Part shown: one piece after another, positions 52,940-62,282 of the stretch
Numbering within the stretch: the stretch's first letter is position 1
Layout of the letters: each line of letters begins with the position of its first letter
Source: Bryobacterales bacterium
Lineage (GTDB): Bacteria; Acidobacteriota; Terriglobia; Bryobacterales; UBA6623
NCBI GenBank assembly: GCA_965219585.1
Contig: CBDCOA010000003.1
Coordinates: 2,001,375-2,065,374, forward strand
Direction: 5' to 3'
DNA length: 64,000 nucleotides
Position numbers and translations under genes: made by a program
Notes under the pieces: model-generated
Database searches by the model: none
What the model was told of the DNA's origin: nothing
The model's input: the letters and a program-made list of their open reading frames with translations, nothing else

Positions 52940-54408
52940 TGCCGATCATGCCCGAACAGACCAATCGCCCGCGGACGGCTGCCACCCGGCCTTCTCGACG
53001 CGCGTTCCTGTCGCGGACCGGGAGCGGCCTGGGCAGCATCGCGCTGGCTCACCTGCTCGCTTCCGAAGGAGTTCTGGCACCGGCCCAAGCTGCCGCGCCG
53101 GCGAAGCGAGCGCATCACGCGCCGCGGGCAAAGGCCGTCATCTGGCTGTTCATGGAGGGCGGCCCCAGCCACATCGACCTCTTCGACCCGAAGCCGGAGC
53201 TCGACAAGCTAGCCGGCCAGGTCACCCCGAGCTCGTTCAACCTGCCCGTCACGAGTGCGACGGGGTCGCATCGCATGCCGCTCGTCGCCTCGCAACGAGA
53301 GTGGCAGCAGCACGGCCAGAGCGGGCTGTGGGTCTCGGACTGGTATCCGCATGTCGCGGAGCACGTGGACGACCTGGCGGTCATCCGGTCCTGCTGGTCG
53401 GACGGCGTGAACCATGTCGGCGCCAACCGGCAGATGAACACCGGTTCGATCCTAGCGGGACGGCCCTCGCTAGGCGCATGGACAAGTTACGGGCTGGGCT
53501 CGGCCAATCGCGACCTGCCGGCATTCGTCGTGCTGACGGACCACAAGGTGGTAAGAGGAGGCGCGACGAACTGGAGCTCGGGCTTCCTGCCAGCGACCTA
53601 CCAAGGCACGCACTTGCGCAACGACGGCCCTCCGATCCTGCACTTGCAGCCCCCGGACAATGTCACGGATGCGCAGCAGCGCAGCCGGCTGGACCTGCTG
53701 CGGGAGCTCAACAGCATGCACGCGGACAAGTGGCCGGCGGAGGACGAGCTGGAAGCTCGCATCGAGTCGTACGAGCTCGCCTACCGGATGCAGGCGTCGG
53801 CCCCGGAGGCCACGGATTTGAACAGCGAGTCCGAGGCGACCAAGCGCCTGTACGGCCTTGACGAGGATGCGACGCGGCAGTTCGGGACAAATTGCCTGCT
53901 CGCGCGCCGCTTGGTCGAGCACGGCGTCCGATTCGTAGAGGTGTACTGCGGCAGCGGCAGCGGCTGGGACGCTCACACCGGCCTGGAAGCCAATCACGAG
54001 AAATGGTGCAAGGTGTCGGACAAGCCGGTCGCGGCCTTGCTCAAGGACTTGAAGTCTCGCGGGCTTCTGCAAGACACTCTGGTGGTCTGGGGCGGCGAGT
54101 TCGGGCGGACGCCCTTCACCGACACGAACTCCCTAGCCCAAAACGCGGGAGAGTACGGGCGCGATCACAATCCGTGGGGCTTCACCATCTGGATGGCCGG
54201 CGGCGGAATTCGCGGCGGGCGGGCGATCGGCGCGACCGACGCGATCGGCTTCCGCGCGGTCGACAAGCCGTACCACGTTCACGACATTCACGCCACGATG
54301 CTGCACATGCTCGGCCTGAACCACCTCAATCTGACGTACTTGCACAACGGGCGCGCCGAGCGGCCGACCATCAACGGGGGCGTGCTGATGGACGAGGTTC
54401 TATCCTGA
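52939..54408 (+). CDS. DUF1501 family protein (sulfatase / alkaline-phosphatase-superfamily-like), Tat signal
   Basis: ATG 52939-52941 overlaps the upstream stop (TGATG). The N-terminus MPIMPEQTNRPRTAATRPSRRAFLSRTGSGLGSIALAHLLA is a Tat-type signal. IWLFMEGGPSHIDLFDPKPEL and VWGGEFGRTP...GRDHNPWGF are typical of DUF1501. The track ORF start at 52456 lies inside the upstream gene. Confidence 0.85.
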   Translation: MPIMPEQTNRPRTAATRPSRRAFLSRTGSGLGSIALAHLLASEGVLAPAQAAAPAKRAHHAPRAKAVIWLFMEGGPSHIDLFDPKPELDKLAGQVTPSSFNLPVTSATGSHRMPLVASQREWQQHGQSGLWVSDWYPHVAEHVDDLAVIRSCWSDGVNHVGANRQMNTGSILAGRPSLGAWTSYGLGSANRDLPAFVVLTDHKVVRGGATNWSSGFLPATYQGTHLRNDGPPILHLQPPDNVTDAQQRSRLDLLRELNSMHADKWPAEDELEARIESYELAYRMQASAPEATDLNSESEATKRLYGLDEDATRQFGTNCLLARRLVEHGVRFVEVYCGSGSGWDAHTGLEANHEKWCKVSDKPVAALLKDLKSRGLLQDTLVVWGGEFGRTPFTDTNSLAQNAGEYGRDHNPWGFTIWMAGGGIRGGRAIGATDAIGFRAVDKPYHVHDIHATMLHMLGLNHLNLTYLHNGRAERPTINGGVLMDEVLS

Positions 54409-54508
54409 CGCCGAAGTCCTTCGGTCCGGGGCCTCGGTCAATCGTCGGGCAGCGGCTGCACGGCAGCCAAGCACCCAAGGGTTGCCGGCAAGCGTCACTC
54501 GCGGCGCA

Positions 54509-56983
54509 TCAATAGTTGACCCACATCGGGCTGCCCCAAGCTACGTTGCCGTCTGCCTGCTCGACCCGCACGTAGTAATACTGCATGCCGCGGCCCTCGC
54601 GCGGGTCTTGGTCCAAGTACTCGAACTCGGCCTCCTGGCCTTCCGGCTCGTGCACGTAGACCACCTCGCCATCGCGCAGCACGTTGACCTTGGCAATGTC
54701 GGTCGTGCCTCTCACCTTCACCGAGATCGGCAGCGGCTCGGGCGCGAAGAACTCGTCACCCATGAAGTGCTCGCCCATGCGCACGTCAAGCACGATGTTG
54801 TCCGTCGCCCCGTAGGTGTGGCGCCGACGGATCGAATCGAGGATGCCCTCCCGCGTGACCCGATCCGTGTAGACCATCGTGTACGAGTAGTGGGTCGAGC
54901 CGTGATCCGAGCTGACCGTGGTCCCCAGCCGATATCCCTTGTTCCATGCGTTGCGAACCACGCCGATCGGCACATAGCCGCCCGGAGCGTCGGCCGGCTC
55001 GCCGCTCTTGGCAGACAGCGGCGCCCCGATGTACTCGTAGTTCGTGCGCGCCCCTTGCATGATTTCCACAACCGGTTCGATTTCAGGATCGTTGTCGCGC
55101 CAGTCCGTGCCCATGCGCGTGCCCGACGTGTGCGAGATCGCGATGCCGCCCATGCGGCGCACGGCCTCATAGAGGTGCTTCGTGTCGTCGCGCACGACGT
55201 TGCCGGTGGCGACGCCCGGGATGTCGCCGATCGGATTCCGACCCAAGGCATAGCTCTCTTGGTCGCGCATGATGAACGGCGTGACCTCGCCCGTGCGGTC
55301 CGCGAAGAAGATGTTGCGGTGCCCGTTGGGCTGTGTCACGCTGCGCTCGTAGCCGAAGATGCTCGTATAGGCCCCTGGCACGTGGTGCATGTCGGTCATC
55401 TTCTGCGAAAACCACCACCAGTAGTCGTAGGCTCCGCCTTGGTGGTCCGTTGACGCGCCGAAGTCCATCGCCGCGGCGTCGATCATGTAGCGGTAGAACT
55501 CTTGCAAGTTGCCGTCGTTGCCGCCCCCGCCGTCCCAGCTCAGCTCGGTGTGGCGGTGAAAGTCTCCTCTGACGATCTGCACGCTGCGCCCCCGGACGGT
55601 CGTGCGGTATCCGCGAATCGCGTCCAAGTCCGCAGCCTCGTTCGGATGCCAGGGCTTGATCTCGACATCCTCCAGCTCGAACCCGACCAAGCTCGGGGCC
55701 GTCGCGGCCCCCTCCGGAGCGATCCGCCCGACCCAAGTCTCGCCTCGGATCGGCCTGTGCGCGTAAGCGGTCGTGCGGTTGTCGGTGGGCCATGCCAGCC
55801 ACAAGTCGCCATCCGCAGCGTTGGCGAAGCTGATGCGGGTGCTCGATCGCCCGAAGCTGTGCGGGATCGGCGCCGCCGCCGTCCACGACGAGCCATCCAA
55901 GCGAGTCAGCCAGTACTCCCAGTAGCCCCTGGTGCCTGTGTTCTCGCCGCGGTGGCGAATCAAACGCTTGGCAGCCACTCGCACGTGTCCGCGCGCATCC
56001 ACCAACACATGCGGATGGTACGTCCACTTCGGCGTGCCTTCGCCCGCCGCAAAGACAGCCTGCAGCGGCTGTGCCGTGGTCTCCAGCCTCCCGCCAGCGT
56101 ACGCTGCGATATTCACCTCGCGATCCGCTCCGATGACGACTCCCGGCTGCCGCGGCCGAATGTTGAAACCCGTGTCCTTGCCCCAATTGGCGCCGCCGGA
56201 TTCCCAAGCCACCCAAACGCGATCGTCGCCGTCGACCGCTACGGTGGCCTTGACCTCGTGGCGGCCGCTGGCCGCCACAGCGATTTCCGGGACAGCCAGC
56301 GCACCGCCGCGCACGCCGGTCAGCATTACGTCGTAATTCCCGCTCGCATAGCTGTCGTAGGCGACCCAGATCGTGCCCCCGGAATCAAACGCGACCGCAG
56401 GCTCCCAGTGGTTCGCGGGCTGCCTGGTGATCTGGATCGGATCGGACCAGCCGCCTTCGCCGGAGTATGTCTTGAGGAAAATGTTCGAGTGCCGGCCGCG
56501 GAATCCCTGCCAAGCCAGCGCCAGGCTGCCCTTGCCATCGCTCGCCATGCGCGGGTTGATATCCGGCATCGGATGGTCGGTCAGCCGGATGAGCGGGCCC
56601 CAAGCCTGCTCGCCCGGGTCGTACGAGCGGGCGTACATGTCCCAGTTCCCGTCGAGCATCTGCGACCACGCAATCCACAAGCGGCCATCCCCGTCCACGG
56701 CGGCCTGCGGCAGCCAGACATCGCCGCTGGTGTTCGGCACGAAGCGCATGTTGCCCCAAGTCCCGTCCTTCCACTGCCGGACCACGATCTCGTCGCGCCG
56801 GTCCGCGTAGGCCATCCACGCCAGCCAGAGCGAGCCGTCGGGGCCGGCCGCAAGCGAGGGCAGGTCGTCTTCGCGCATCTGCGATCCCGCCATGGTGACG
56901 TCGGCCAGATCCTGGGCCGCGAGCGGAATGTCCGCAGGGCCGCACAACAGCAATCCAAGAACGAGCAAACAGTCACGCCGCAT
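54509..56983 (-). CDS. Secreted protein: N-terminal beta-propeller-like repeats + C-terminal PHP/CehA-McbA-like metallohydrolase domain
   Basis: ATG at 56983 is preceded by GGAGGGA (rc of 56990-57000). The signal peptide is MRRDCLLVLGLLLCGPADIPLAAQ. The motif D-G-x-(L/I)W(L/I/V)AW recurs: GSLWLAW, GRLWIAW, GSLALAW, GTIWVAY, DRVWVAW, GDLWLAW. Metal-ligand-like motifs are GDFHRHTE, STDH, GHRN, SHTSG, SSDHGSTH and ATDN. The C-terminus YYYVRVEQADGNVAWGSPMWV matches the family tail. Confidence 0.6.
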   Translation of the reverse strand: MRRDCLLVLGLLLCGPADIPLAAQDLADVTMAGSQMREDDLPSLAAGPDGSLWLAWMAYADRRDEIVVRQWKDGTWGNMRFVPNTSGDVWLPQAAVDGDGRLWIAWSQMLDGNWDMYARSYDPGEQAWGPLIRLTDHPMPDINPRMASDGKGSLALAWQGFRGRHSNIFLKTYSGEGGWSDPIQITRQPANHWEPAVAFDSGGTIWVAYDSYASGNYDVMLTGVRGGALAVPEIAVAASGRHEVKATVAVDGDDRVWVAWESGGANWGKDTGFNIRPRQPGVVIGADREVNIAAYAGGRLETTAQPLQAVFAAGEGTPKWTYHPHVLVDARGHVRVAAKRLIRHRGENTGTRGYWEYWLTRLDGSSWTAAAPIPHSFGRSSTRISFANAADGDLWLAWPTDNRTTAYAHRPIRGETWVGRIAPEGAATAPSLVGFELEDVEIKPWHPNEAADLDAIRGYRTTVRGRSVQIVRGDFHRHTELSWDGGGGNDGNLQEFYRYMIDAAAMDFGASTDHQGGAYDYWWWFSQKMTDMHHVPGAYTSIFGYERSVTQPNGHRNIFFADRTGEVTPFIMRDQESYALGRNPIGDIPGVATGNVVRDDTKHLYEAVRRMGGIAISHTSGTRMGTDWRDNDPEIEPVVEIMQGARTNYEYIGAPLSAKSGEPADAPGGYVPIGVVRNAWNKGYRLGTTVSSDHGSTHYSYTMVYTDRVTREGILDSIRRRHTYGATDNIVLDVRMGEHFMGDEFFAPEPLPISVKVRGTTDIAKVNVLRDGEVVYVHEPEGQEAEFEYLDQDPREGRGMQYYYVRVEQADGNVAWGSPMWVNY

Positions 56984-57110
56984 GGGAAGTTCCCTCCATC
57001 TTGGCCCGGGCATCCGCGCCCGAACTGCCAAGAGTCTACCGCAGCGCCGAGAGCCGCGGACTGCCATGCAAGTGTTGAGGGCTGTCCGGCTCGGTCGACC
57101 GAGCCGGCGG

Positions 57111-59330
57111 CTAGAACTTGCTGCTCCGTTCGACGGAGCGGACCGAAGCCGTCCCGGACAGCGCCGACTCGACCTTGTCGAGCTGCAGCTTGTCGGCAAC
57201 TTCCACAACGAACGCGATCGCCACTTGGTCGTCGCGCCGGCCGTTGTGGGATTCAATCTTGACGATGTTCAGCCCTTCGTTGGCGACGATGCTCGTCAAG
57301 TCCTTGAGGATCCCTTGGCGATCGTCGACGAAGGCCGTCAGCCTCACTTGGTACGTTGAGCCTTCCTTGGGAGCCCACCGCACGTCGATCCGGCGCTCGG
57401 CGTCGAACAGCAGGTTCTGGACATTGGCACAGGCGTGGGAATGCACGCCCACCCCCTTGCCGCGTGTCACGTAGCCGACAATCGGCTCGCCCGGGATCGG
57501 GTTGCAGCAGCGCGCCCGATAGATCAGCACGTCATCGATTCCGCGGACTTCGAGCGTGCCGTCGCTTTGCGAGGCCAGGCTGGCATCCAGATCCTCGGGC
57601 ACGGGGGGCTTCTTGCGCAGCTGCGACGGGTCGGGCACCGCACCTTCCGGAAACAGCTTGCGTAGAACCTGGCGCACGGAGTAGCGCCCGAAACCGAGAC
57701 GCGCGTATAGCGCGTCCGTGCTCGAACAGCCGTATTCGCGGCATACGGCCTCCAGCCTGTCGGCGGTGATGCGCCGCAGGGGCACCTTGAAGATCCGGGC
57801 CTCCTTCTCCAACAGCCGCTGGCCGATCTCGATCGCTTGCTGGCGGCGCTCGGCATTGAGCCACTGCTTGATCTTGTTGCGGGCCCGCGAGGTCTTCACG
57901 AAGGACAGCCAGTCCTGCGCGGGATGACTGCCCGGCTTGGTCAGCACTTCCACGATCTCGCCATTGGTGAGCGGGCGCTTCAGCTGCGCGATCTGACCGT
58001 CCACCTTCGCTCCCACGCAAGTGTGGCCGACCTCGGTGTGGATGGCATAGGCGAAGTCCACCGGCGTCGCGTCCCGGGGCAAGGTGATGACCTTTCCCCG
58101 CGGCGTGAACACGTAGACCTCCTCGGGGTAGAGCTCGACCTTCAGCGTGGACAGGAAATCCGTGGAGTCGCGCATTTCCCGCTGCCACTCCACCAGCCGC
58201 CGCAGCCACGCCATCTGGCCGTCAGCCGTGTCCGGGCCGCGCCGCCCCTCCTTGTACTTCCAGTGCGCGCAGATGCCCTCTTCGGCCATTGCGTGCATTT
58301 CCTCGGTGCGGATCTGGACCTCGAAGCGCTGGCCGTCCTGCGTGATGACCGAGGTGTGCAGGGACTGGTACAGGTTGGGGCGCGGCAGCGCGACGAAATC
58401 CTTGATGCGGCCCGGCACCGGCTGCCACTGCCCGTGGATCACGCCCATCGCCGCGTAGCAATGCGTCTTGGTATCTGTGATCACGCGCAGGGCCAGCAGG
58501 TCGTAGACCATGTCGAACGTCACGTTCTGGCGCTCCAGCTTCTGATGGATCGAATAGGGCCGCTTGATGCGGCCCTCCACCCGCGCGGGGATCCCTGCCT
58601 GCCCGAGCTTCTGCTCCAGCGCCGCCTGCGTTTCCGCCAGGAATTCCTCGCTCGATTCGCGCCGCGACTCGATCTGGGCGATGATCGTCTCGTACGCTCG
58701 CGGCTCCAGGTAGGCGAAAGCCAGGTCCTCGAGCTCGCTGCGAATCTTGCCCATGCCCAGCCGCAGCGCCACTGGAGCGTAGATTTCGCGCGTCTCCAGC
58801 GCGATCCTCTGCTGCCGCTCGGCGTCGAGCGCGTACAGCGTCCGCATGTTGTGCATGCGGTCGGCCAGCTTGATCAGGATCACGCGGATGTCCTTGACCA
58901 TGGCCAGCAGCATCTTGCGGAACGTTTCCGCCTGGCGCGCCTCGGAGGAGTGGTAGCGCAGCCGCCCGATCTTGGTCACGCCGTCCACGCAGCGCGCCAC
59001 GCCGTCGCCGAACTCGCGGCGCAGCTGCGGCACGGTCACCGGCGTGTCCTCCACAATGTCGTGCAGCAGCCCGCTGGCGAGCGCGGCCTGGTCCAGCCGC
59101 ATGTCGGCCAGCATGTGCGCCACTTCGAGCGAGTGCGCCAGATAAGGGTCGCCGCTCTTGCGCTTCTGGCCGCGATGCCGCTCGGCGGCGAACGCGAAGG
59201 CGCGCCGCAGCAGTTCAGGATCCTGGCCCGGCCGCTGGTCGAGCAGCTTGCGCTCCAGTTCCTCGTAGCGCCCCAGCATCGCCGCGGGGACCGCTTCCCC
59301 TTCAGGCGTGATCCGGCTCTTGGCGGACAT
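57111..59330 (-). CDS. rel: Bifunctional (p)ppGpp synthetase/hydrolase (RelA/SpoT homologue)
   Basis: Four domains are recognisable:
- HD: HRGQKRKSGDPYLAHSLEVA...LLHDIVEDT.
- Synthetase: RIKRPYSIHQKLERQ...YDLLALRVIT.
- TGS: VYVFTPRGKVITLPRDATPVDFAYAIHTEVG.
- ACT: VRLTAFVDDRQGILKDLTSIVA.
ATG at 59330 has GGAG upstream. Confidence 0.95.
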   Translation of the reverse strand: MSAKSRITPEGEAVPAAMLGRYEELERKLLDQRPGQDPELLRRAFAFAAERHRGQKRKSGDPYLAHSLEVAHMLADMRLDQAALASGLLHDIVEDTPVTVPQLRREFGDGVARCVDGVTKIGRLRYHSSEARQAETFRKMLLAMVKDIRVILIKLADRMHNMRTLYALDAERQQRIALETREIYAPVALRLGMGKIRSELEDLAFAYLEPRAYETIIAQIESRRESSEEFLAETQAALEQKLGQAGIPARVEGRIKRPYSIHQKLERQNVTFDMVYDLLALRVITDTKTHCYAAMGVIHGQWQPVPGRIKDFVALPRPNLYQSLHTSVITQDGQRFEVQIRTEEMHAMAEEGICAHWKYKEGRRGPDTADGQMAWLRRLVEWQREMRDSTDFLSTLKVELYPEEVYVFTPRGKVITLPRDATPVDFAYAIHTEVGHTCVGAKVDGQIAQLKRPLTNGEIVEVLTKPGSHPAQDWLSFVKTSRARNKIKQWLNAERRQQAIEIGQRLLEKEARIFKVPLRRITADRLEAVCREYGCSSTDALYARLGFGRYSVRQVLRKLFPEGAVPDPSQLRKKPPVPEDLDASLASQSDGTLEVRGIDDVLIYRARCCNPIPGEPIVGYVTRGKGVGVHSHACANVQNLLFDAERRIDVRWAPKEGSTYQVRLTAFVDDRQGILKDLTSIVANEGLNIVKIESHNGRRDDQVAIAFVVEVADKLQLDKVESALSGTASVRSVERSSKF

Positions 59331-59431
59331 GGTAAAGCTCCGGCTCGCTGGCTCCCAGCAAGAAAACGGCCCGAGACCCCACGGGCCTCAGGCCGAATTA
59401 TAAGACGTGCGCCGCGCCGCGGCAACGGCAC

Positions 59432-60307
59432 CTACTCGTCAGTCGTGAAGGTATCGATCGTGCTCTCCTCGGCCTTGCGCTTGCGCGTGTCCAGAGCGGT
59501 CTGCACCCACTCGTCGGCACTCGCCAGAAGCTCGTCGTGCTCTTCCTTGGTCGCCGCGAAGTCCGCCTTCTCGCGGTAGAGCAGGTTTACGTAGGCCATC
59601 GCGTCGTCATAGTCGGGATCGATCTCGATCGCCTTTTCCAGCGATGTCAAGCCCTCGTCAATGATGGGCATGATCTCCTCGGAGAGGCCGGCATACTCCT
59701 CGCGCTGCGCCCGACTCAGGCGCCCCCTGAGCACGATGGGCCCCTCGTCTTCCTGCTTCATGCCCACGTTGGCGCGGAACTCCAAGCGCGGCTCGTAGGA
59801 CTGCGTCCACGAGATGACGCCAATGGTGTAGTACGACTCCTTGTGGTCGGGCTGGAGCTCTAGCACCTTGCCGTGCCATTCCTTGGCCAAGTCCATCTTC
59901 TTCATGTTGAAGTAGAGCGACGCGATGCTCTGCAGGGCGGTCGAATTCTCCGGATCGTCCTGCAGCACGGCCTTGAAGCCGTCCAAGGCCCTGTTCGCGA
60001 TGTCGATGTTCTCTTGGTACTCAGCGCCGGGCTGGTACTGCATCATCACGGAGTATGCACCGTACACGCGAGCCGCCTTGAGTTCCGGGTCAAGGTCCGC
60101 CGCGGCCTCGAAATAGTCACCGGCACGGACGAAATCGCCCGCCGAGAACGCGCCCACTCCCTTGTTCAGCGAGTTCCGCGCCTGCAACGCCGCGATGCTG
60201 GTCACGCCGTACTGCTGCATCAGGAACAGCAGGGCGCCTACTACGACGAGCACCACGACCAACACGATGGCCCCGATCTTGATGACTTTTTGCTTATCGA
60301 TTTCCAT
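59432..60307 (-). CDS. Membrane-anchored TPR-repeat protein (Tol/Ton-cluster associated)
   Basis: There is an N-terminal TM helix IKIGAIVLVVVLVVVGALLFL. TPR-like helical repeats follow: FSAGDFVRAGDYFEAAADLDP, ALQSIASLYFNMKKMDLAKEWHGKVLELQP and LTSLEKAIEIDPDYDDAMAYVNLLY. Confidence 0.7.
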   Translation of the reverse strand: MEIDKQKVIKIGAIVLVVVLVVVGALLFLMQQYGVTSIAALQARNSLNKGVGAFSAGDFVRAGDYFEAAADLDPELKAARVYGAYSVMMQYQPGAEYQENIDIANRALDGFKAVLQDDPENSTALQSIASLYFNMKKMDLAKEWHGKVLELQPDHKESYYTIGVISWTQSYEPRLEFRANVGMKQEDEGPIVLRGRLSRAQREEYAGLSEEIMPIIDEGLTSLEKAIEIDPDYDDAMAYVNLLYREKADFAATKEEHDELLASADEWVQTALDTRKRKAEESTIDTFTTDE

Positions 60308-60377
60308 TGTTCACTCCGTTGCCCGGGTCGCGACGACCGCCGGGCACTGCGCCCGGCGCCATGCCGCAAGCACTAGC

Positions 60378-60797
60378 CTACTCGATCTGCTCCGTCAGCA
60401 GCCCGATCTTGTCCACGCCGGCGCCCTTGCCGAGGTCGATGATCTTGGCCACGTCCTGGTAGTCCAGCTGCGGCGCCCCGCGCACGAACATGACCCGCTC
60501 GGCGCGCGTCTTGAAGATGTCCCTCAGGTTCTCTTCGAGCGTGTCCAGCGTCGAGGGATCGCGATTGATCATGATGCTGCGATCCGCGTTGATCGAGACC
60601 ACAACCGTGCGCGCATTGGGCTGCTCCTGCTGCTCGCCCTCATTGGGCTGCGGCACCAGCGCCTCCAACCCCTTGGGGGTGATCGGCGTGATGACCATAA
60701 AGATGATCAACAGCACCAAAAGCACGTCGATCAAGGGCGTCATGTTGATATAGGGCACGGACTTTGAGCCGCCCGAACCGCCAACCGCCATTCCCAT
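60378..60797 (-). CDS. exbD: ExbD/TolR family biopolymer transport protein
   Basis: ATG at 60797 is preceded by AGGAGG. INMTPLIDVLLVLLIIFMVITP is the ExbD TM signature. The track start at 60962 is an unsupported extension overlapping the upstream exbD. Confidence 0.85.
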   Translation of the reverse strand: MGMAVGGSGGSKSVPYINMTPLIDVLLVLLIIFMVITPITPKGLEALVPQPNEGEQQEQPNARTVVVSINADRSIMINRDPSTLDTLEENLRDIFKTRAERVMFVRGAPQLDYQDVAKIIDLGKGAGVDKIGLLTEQIE

Positions 60798-60841
60798 GGT
60801 GAATGTCCTCCTGTTTGTTTGCGTGCTCGAGAGTCGCGGCG

Positions 60842-61324
60842 CTAGCTGAAGCCGCCCGTACCCTCTTCCTTCTCTGTCAGCAACCCGACCTGGTCGACGC
60901 CGGACGTCCGCACGGCATTGACCACTTCCACGACGCGCTCGTAGCGCGATCGTGCGTCGCACTTGACGTAGACCGTCTTGTCGATGCGATTGCTGACTAC
61001 GTCGCTGACGCGCGACGTGAGCTCATCCAGCGCGTCCAGCTTGGACGTGCCCAGAAACACTTGGCCGTCGCGAGTCACCGCCACGACAACGGCATCCTCC
61101 GCGTCCGCCTCGTCCATTGCGACCGGGTTGCGCGTGCGCACCAAGTCGACGCTGACGCCCTTGCTGAGCATGGGCGTGATCACCATGAAGATGATCAGCA
61201 GCACGAGCATCACGTCCACCATCGGCGTGACGTTGATCTCGTTGATGGCGGCCATGCCGCCACGCGTGCCTTTCCTGACGCCTTCCTCTTCGACCTCGAT
61301 CAGGCCCTTTTCTTCTTCCGCCAT
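60842..61324 (-). CDS. exbD: ExbD/TolR family biopolymer transport protein
   Basis: INVTPMVDVMLVLLIIFMVITP is the TM signature. The C-terminal periplasmic domain reads VYVKCDARSRYERVVEVVNAVRTSGVDQVGLLT. Confidence 0.85.
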   Translation of the reverse strand: MAEEEKGLIEVEEEGVRKGTRGGMAAINEINVTPMVDVMLVLLIIFMVITPMLSKGVSVDLVRTRNPVAMDEADAEDAVVVAVTRDGQVFLGTSKLDALDELTSRVSDVVSNRIDKTVYVKCDARSRYERVVEVVNAVRTSGVDQVGLLTEKEEGTGGFS

Positions 61325-61441
61325 GCTGGTTACCTCGTTCCCGGGCGGTCGGTCGGCAGCGCGCCCTCCGGGGTCGCCGCCTCCCGACCGCTACACGATA
61401 CTACAGCCGGTCAATCCGCTGCGGCTTGCGCCCAGCGAACC

Positions 61442-62152
61442 TCAACCGCTCCTCTTCAGGAAGTAGTCGATCAGCTCAGAGCTGGCGTTCTCCATCTCGA
61501 CGTCGAAGCCCTCGACCTTCGAGTTGAAGTAGTTGAACATCCACACGGCCGGCAGCGCGACAAACAGGCCGATCGCGGTGGCGACCAGCGCCTCCGAGAT
61601 GCCGCCGGCAACGGCGCCAAGTCCGGTGGATCGCTCCTGGGAGATGCCCTGGAACGCGTTGATGATGCCGACCACGGTGCCGAACAGGCCCACGAACGGC
61701 GCTGTCGAGCCGATCGTGGCCAAGCCGCTCAGCCCGCGGTTCAGCTCGGCGTGGGTGATCGCCTGGGCCCGCTCCAAGGCGCGCTTGGAAGCGTCGACCG
61801 TGCGGCCCGGCACGTCGCTGCCCGCGTCGTGCGACTTGAACTCGGCCAGCCCTGCGGAAACCACCTTGGCGAGGTGGCTCTTCTTGAAGCCTTCGGAGAG
61901 CTTGATGGCCTCGTCGAGCTTGCCGTTGCGCAGGGCGCCGGCCACAGCCGGGGCGAACGCCTTGGACTGCTTCTTGGCGGCGAAGTACGCCAATCCACGG
62001 TCGATCATCACTCCGATCGACCACGCCGACATCAGGAACATGACGATGACGACGGCCTTGGCCGCGAATCCCATCTGGTTCCACATCGACATCGTGTCGA
62101 ATCCGACTTCCTGCTGCAGCAAGAAGGCGGTAGTTGCGAATTGCGAAAGCAT
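61442..62152 (-). CDS. exbB: MotA/TolQ/ExbB proton-channel protein
   Basis: Three TM segments are apparent. The conserved C-terminal half is GLATIGSTAPFVGLFGTVVGIINAF...GGISEALVATAIGLFVALPAVWMFNYF. AGGAGG lies upstream of ATG 62152. Confidence 0.9.
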   Translation of the reverse strand: MLSQFATTAFLLQQEVGFDTMSMWNQMGFAAKAVVIVMFLMSAWSIGVMIDRGLAYFAAKKQSKAFAPAVAGALRNGKLDEAIKLSEGFKKSHLAKVVSAGLAEFKSHDAGSDVPGRTVDASKRALERAQAITHAELNRGLSGLATIGSTAPFVGLFGTVVGIINAFQGISQERSTGLGAVAGGISEALVATAIGLFVALPAVWMFNYFNSKVEGFDVEMENASSELIDYFLKRSG

Positions 62153-62282
62153 GTTGCTTGTTTTTCCTCCTAAAGAGACAACGGAATCCGTTGACCAACT
62201 GTTCGTGTCGAGCCGTGCGGGCGGCGGCCTTCCGCCGCCCTTGCGGTCCGACTCCCCGGGGGGAGACTCTAGGACGCTAACC

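Noticed and set aside
54411-54424. The small hairpin CCGAAGTCCTTCGG between the convergent DUF1501 and metallohydrolase genes, considered as a bidirectional terminator.
   Set aside because: It has only a 5-6 bp stem with a minimal loop and no flanking U/A tract. That is not enough for a terminator call.
54482-62173. Plus-strand ORFs 54482..55453, 55502..57262 (586 aa), 57837..59579 (580 aa) and 60803..62173 (456 aa), lying opposite the metallohydrolase, rel and exbBD genes.
   Set aside because: They are antisense to genes with clear family signatures and Shine-Dalgarno-preceded starts. Their products are His/Arg/Asp/Val-rich mirror-frame artefacts.
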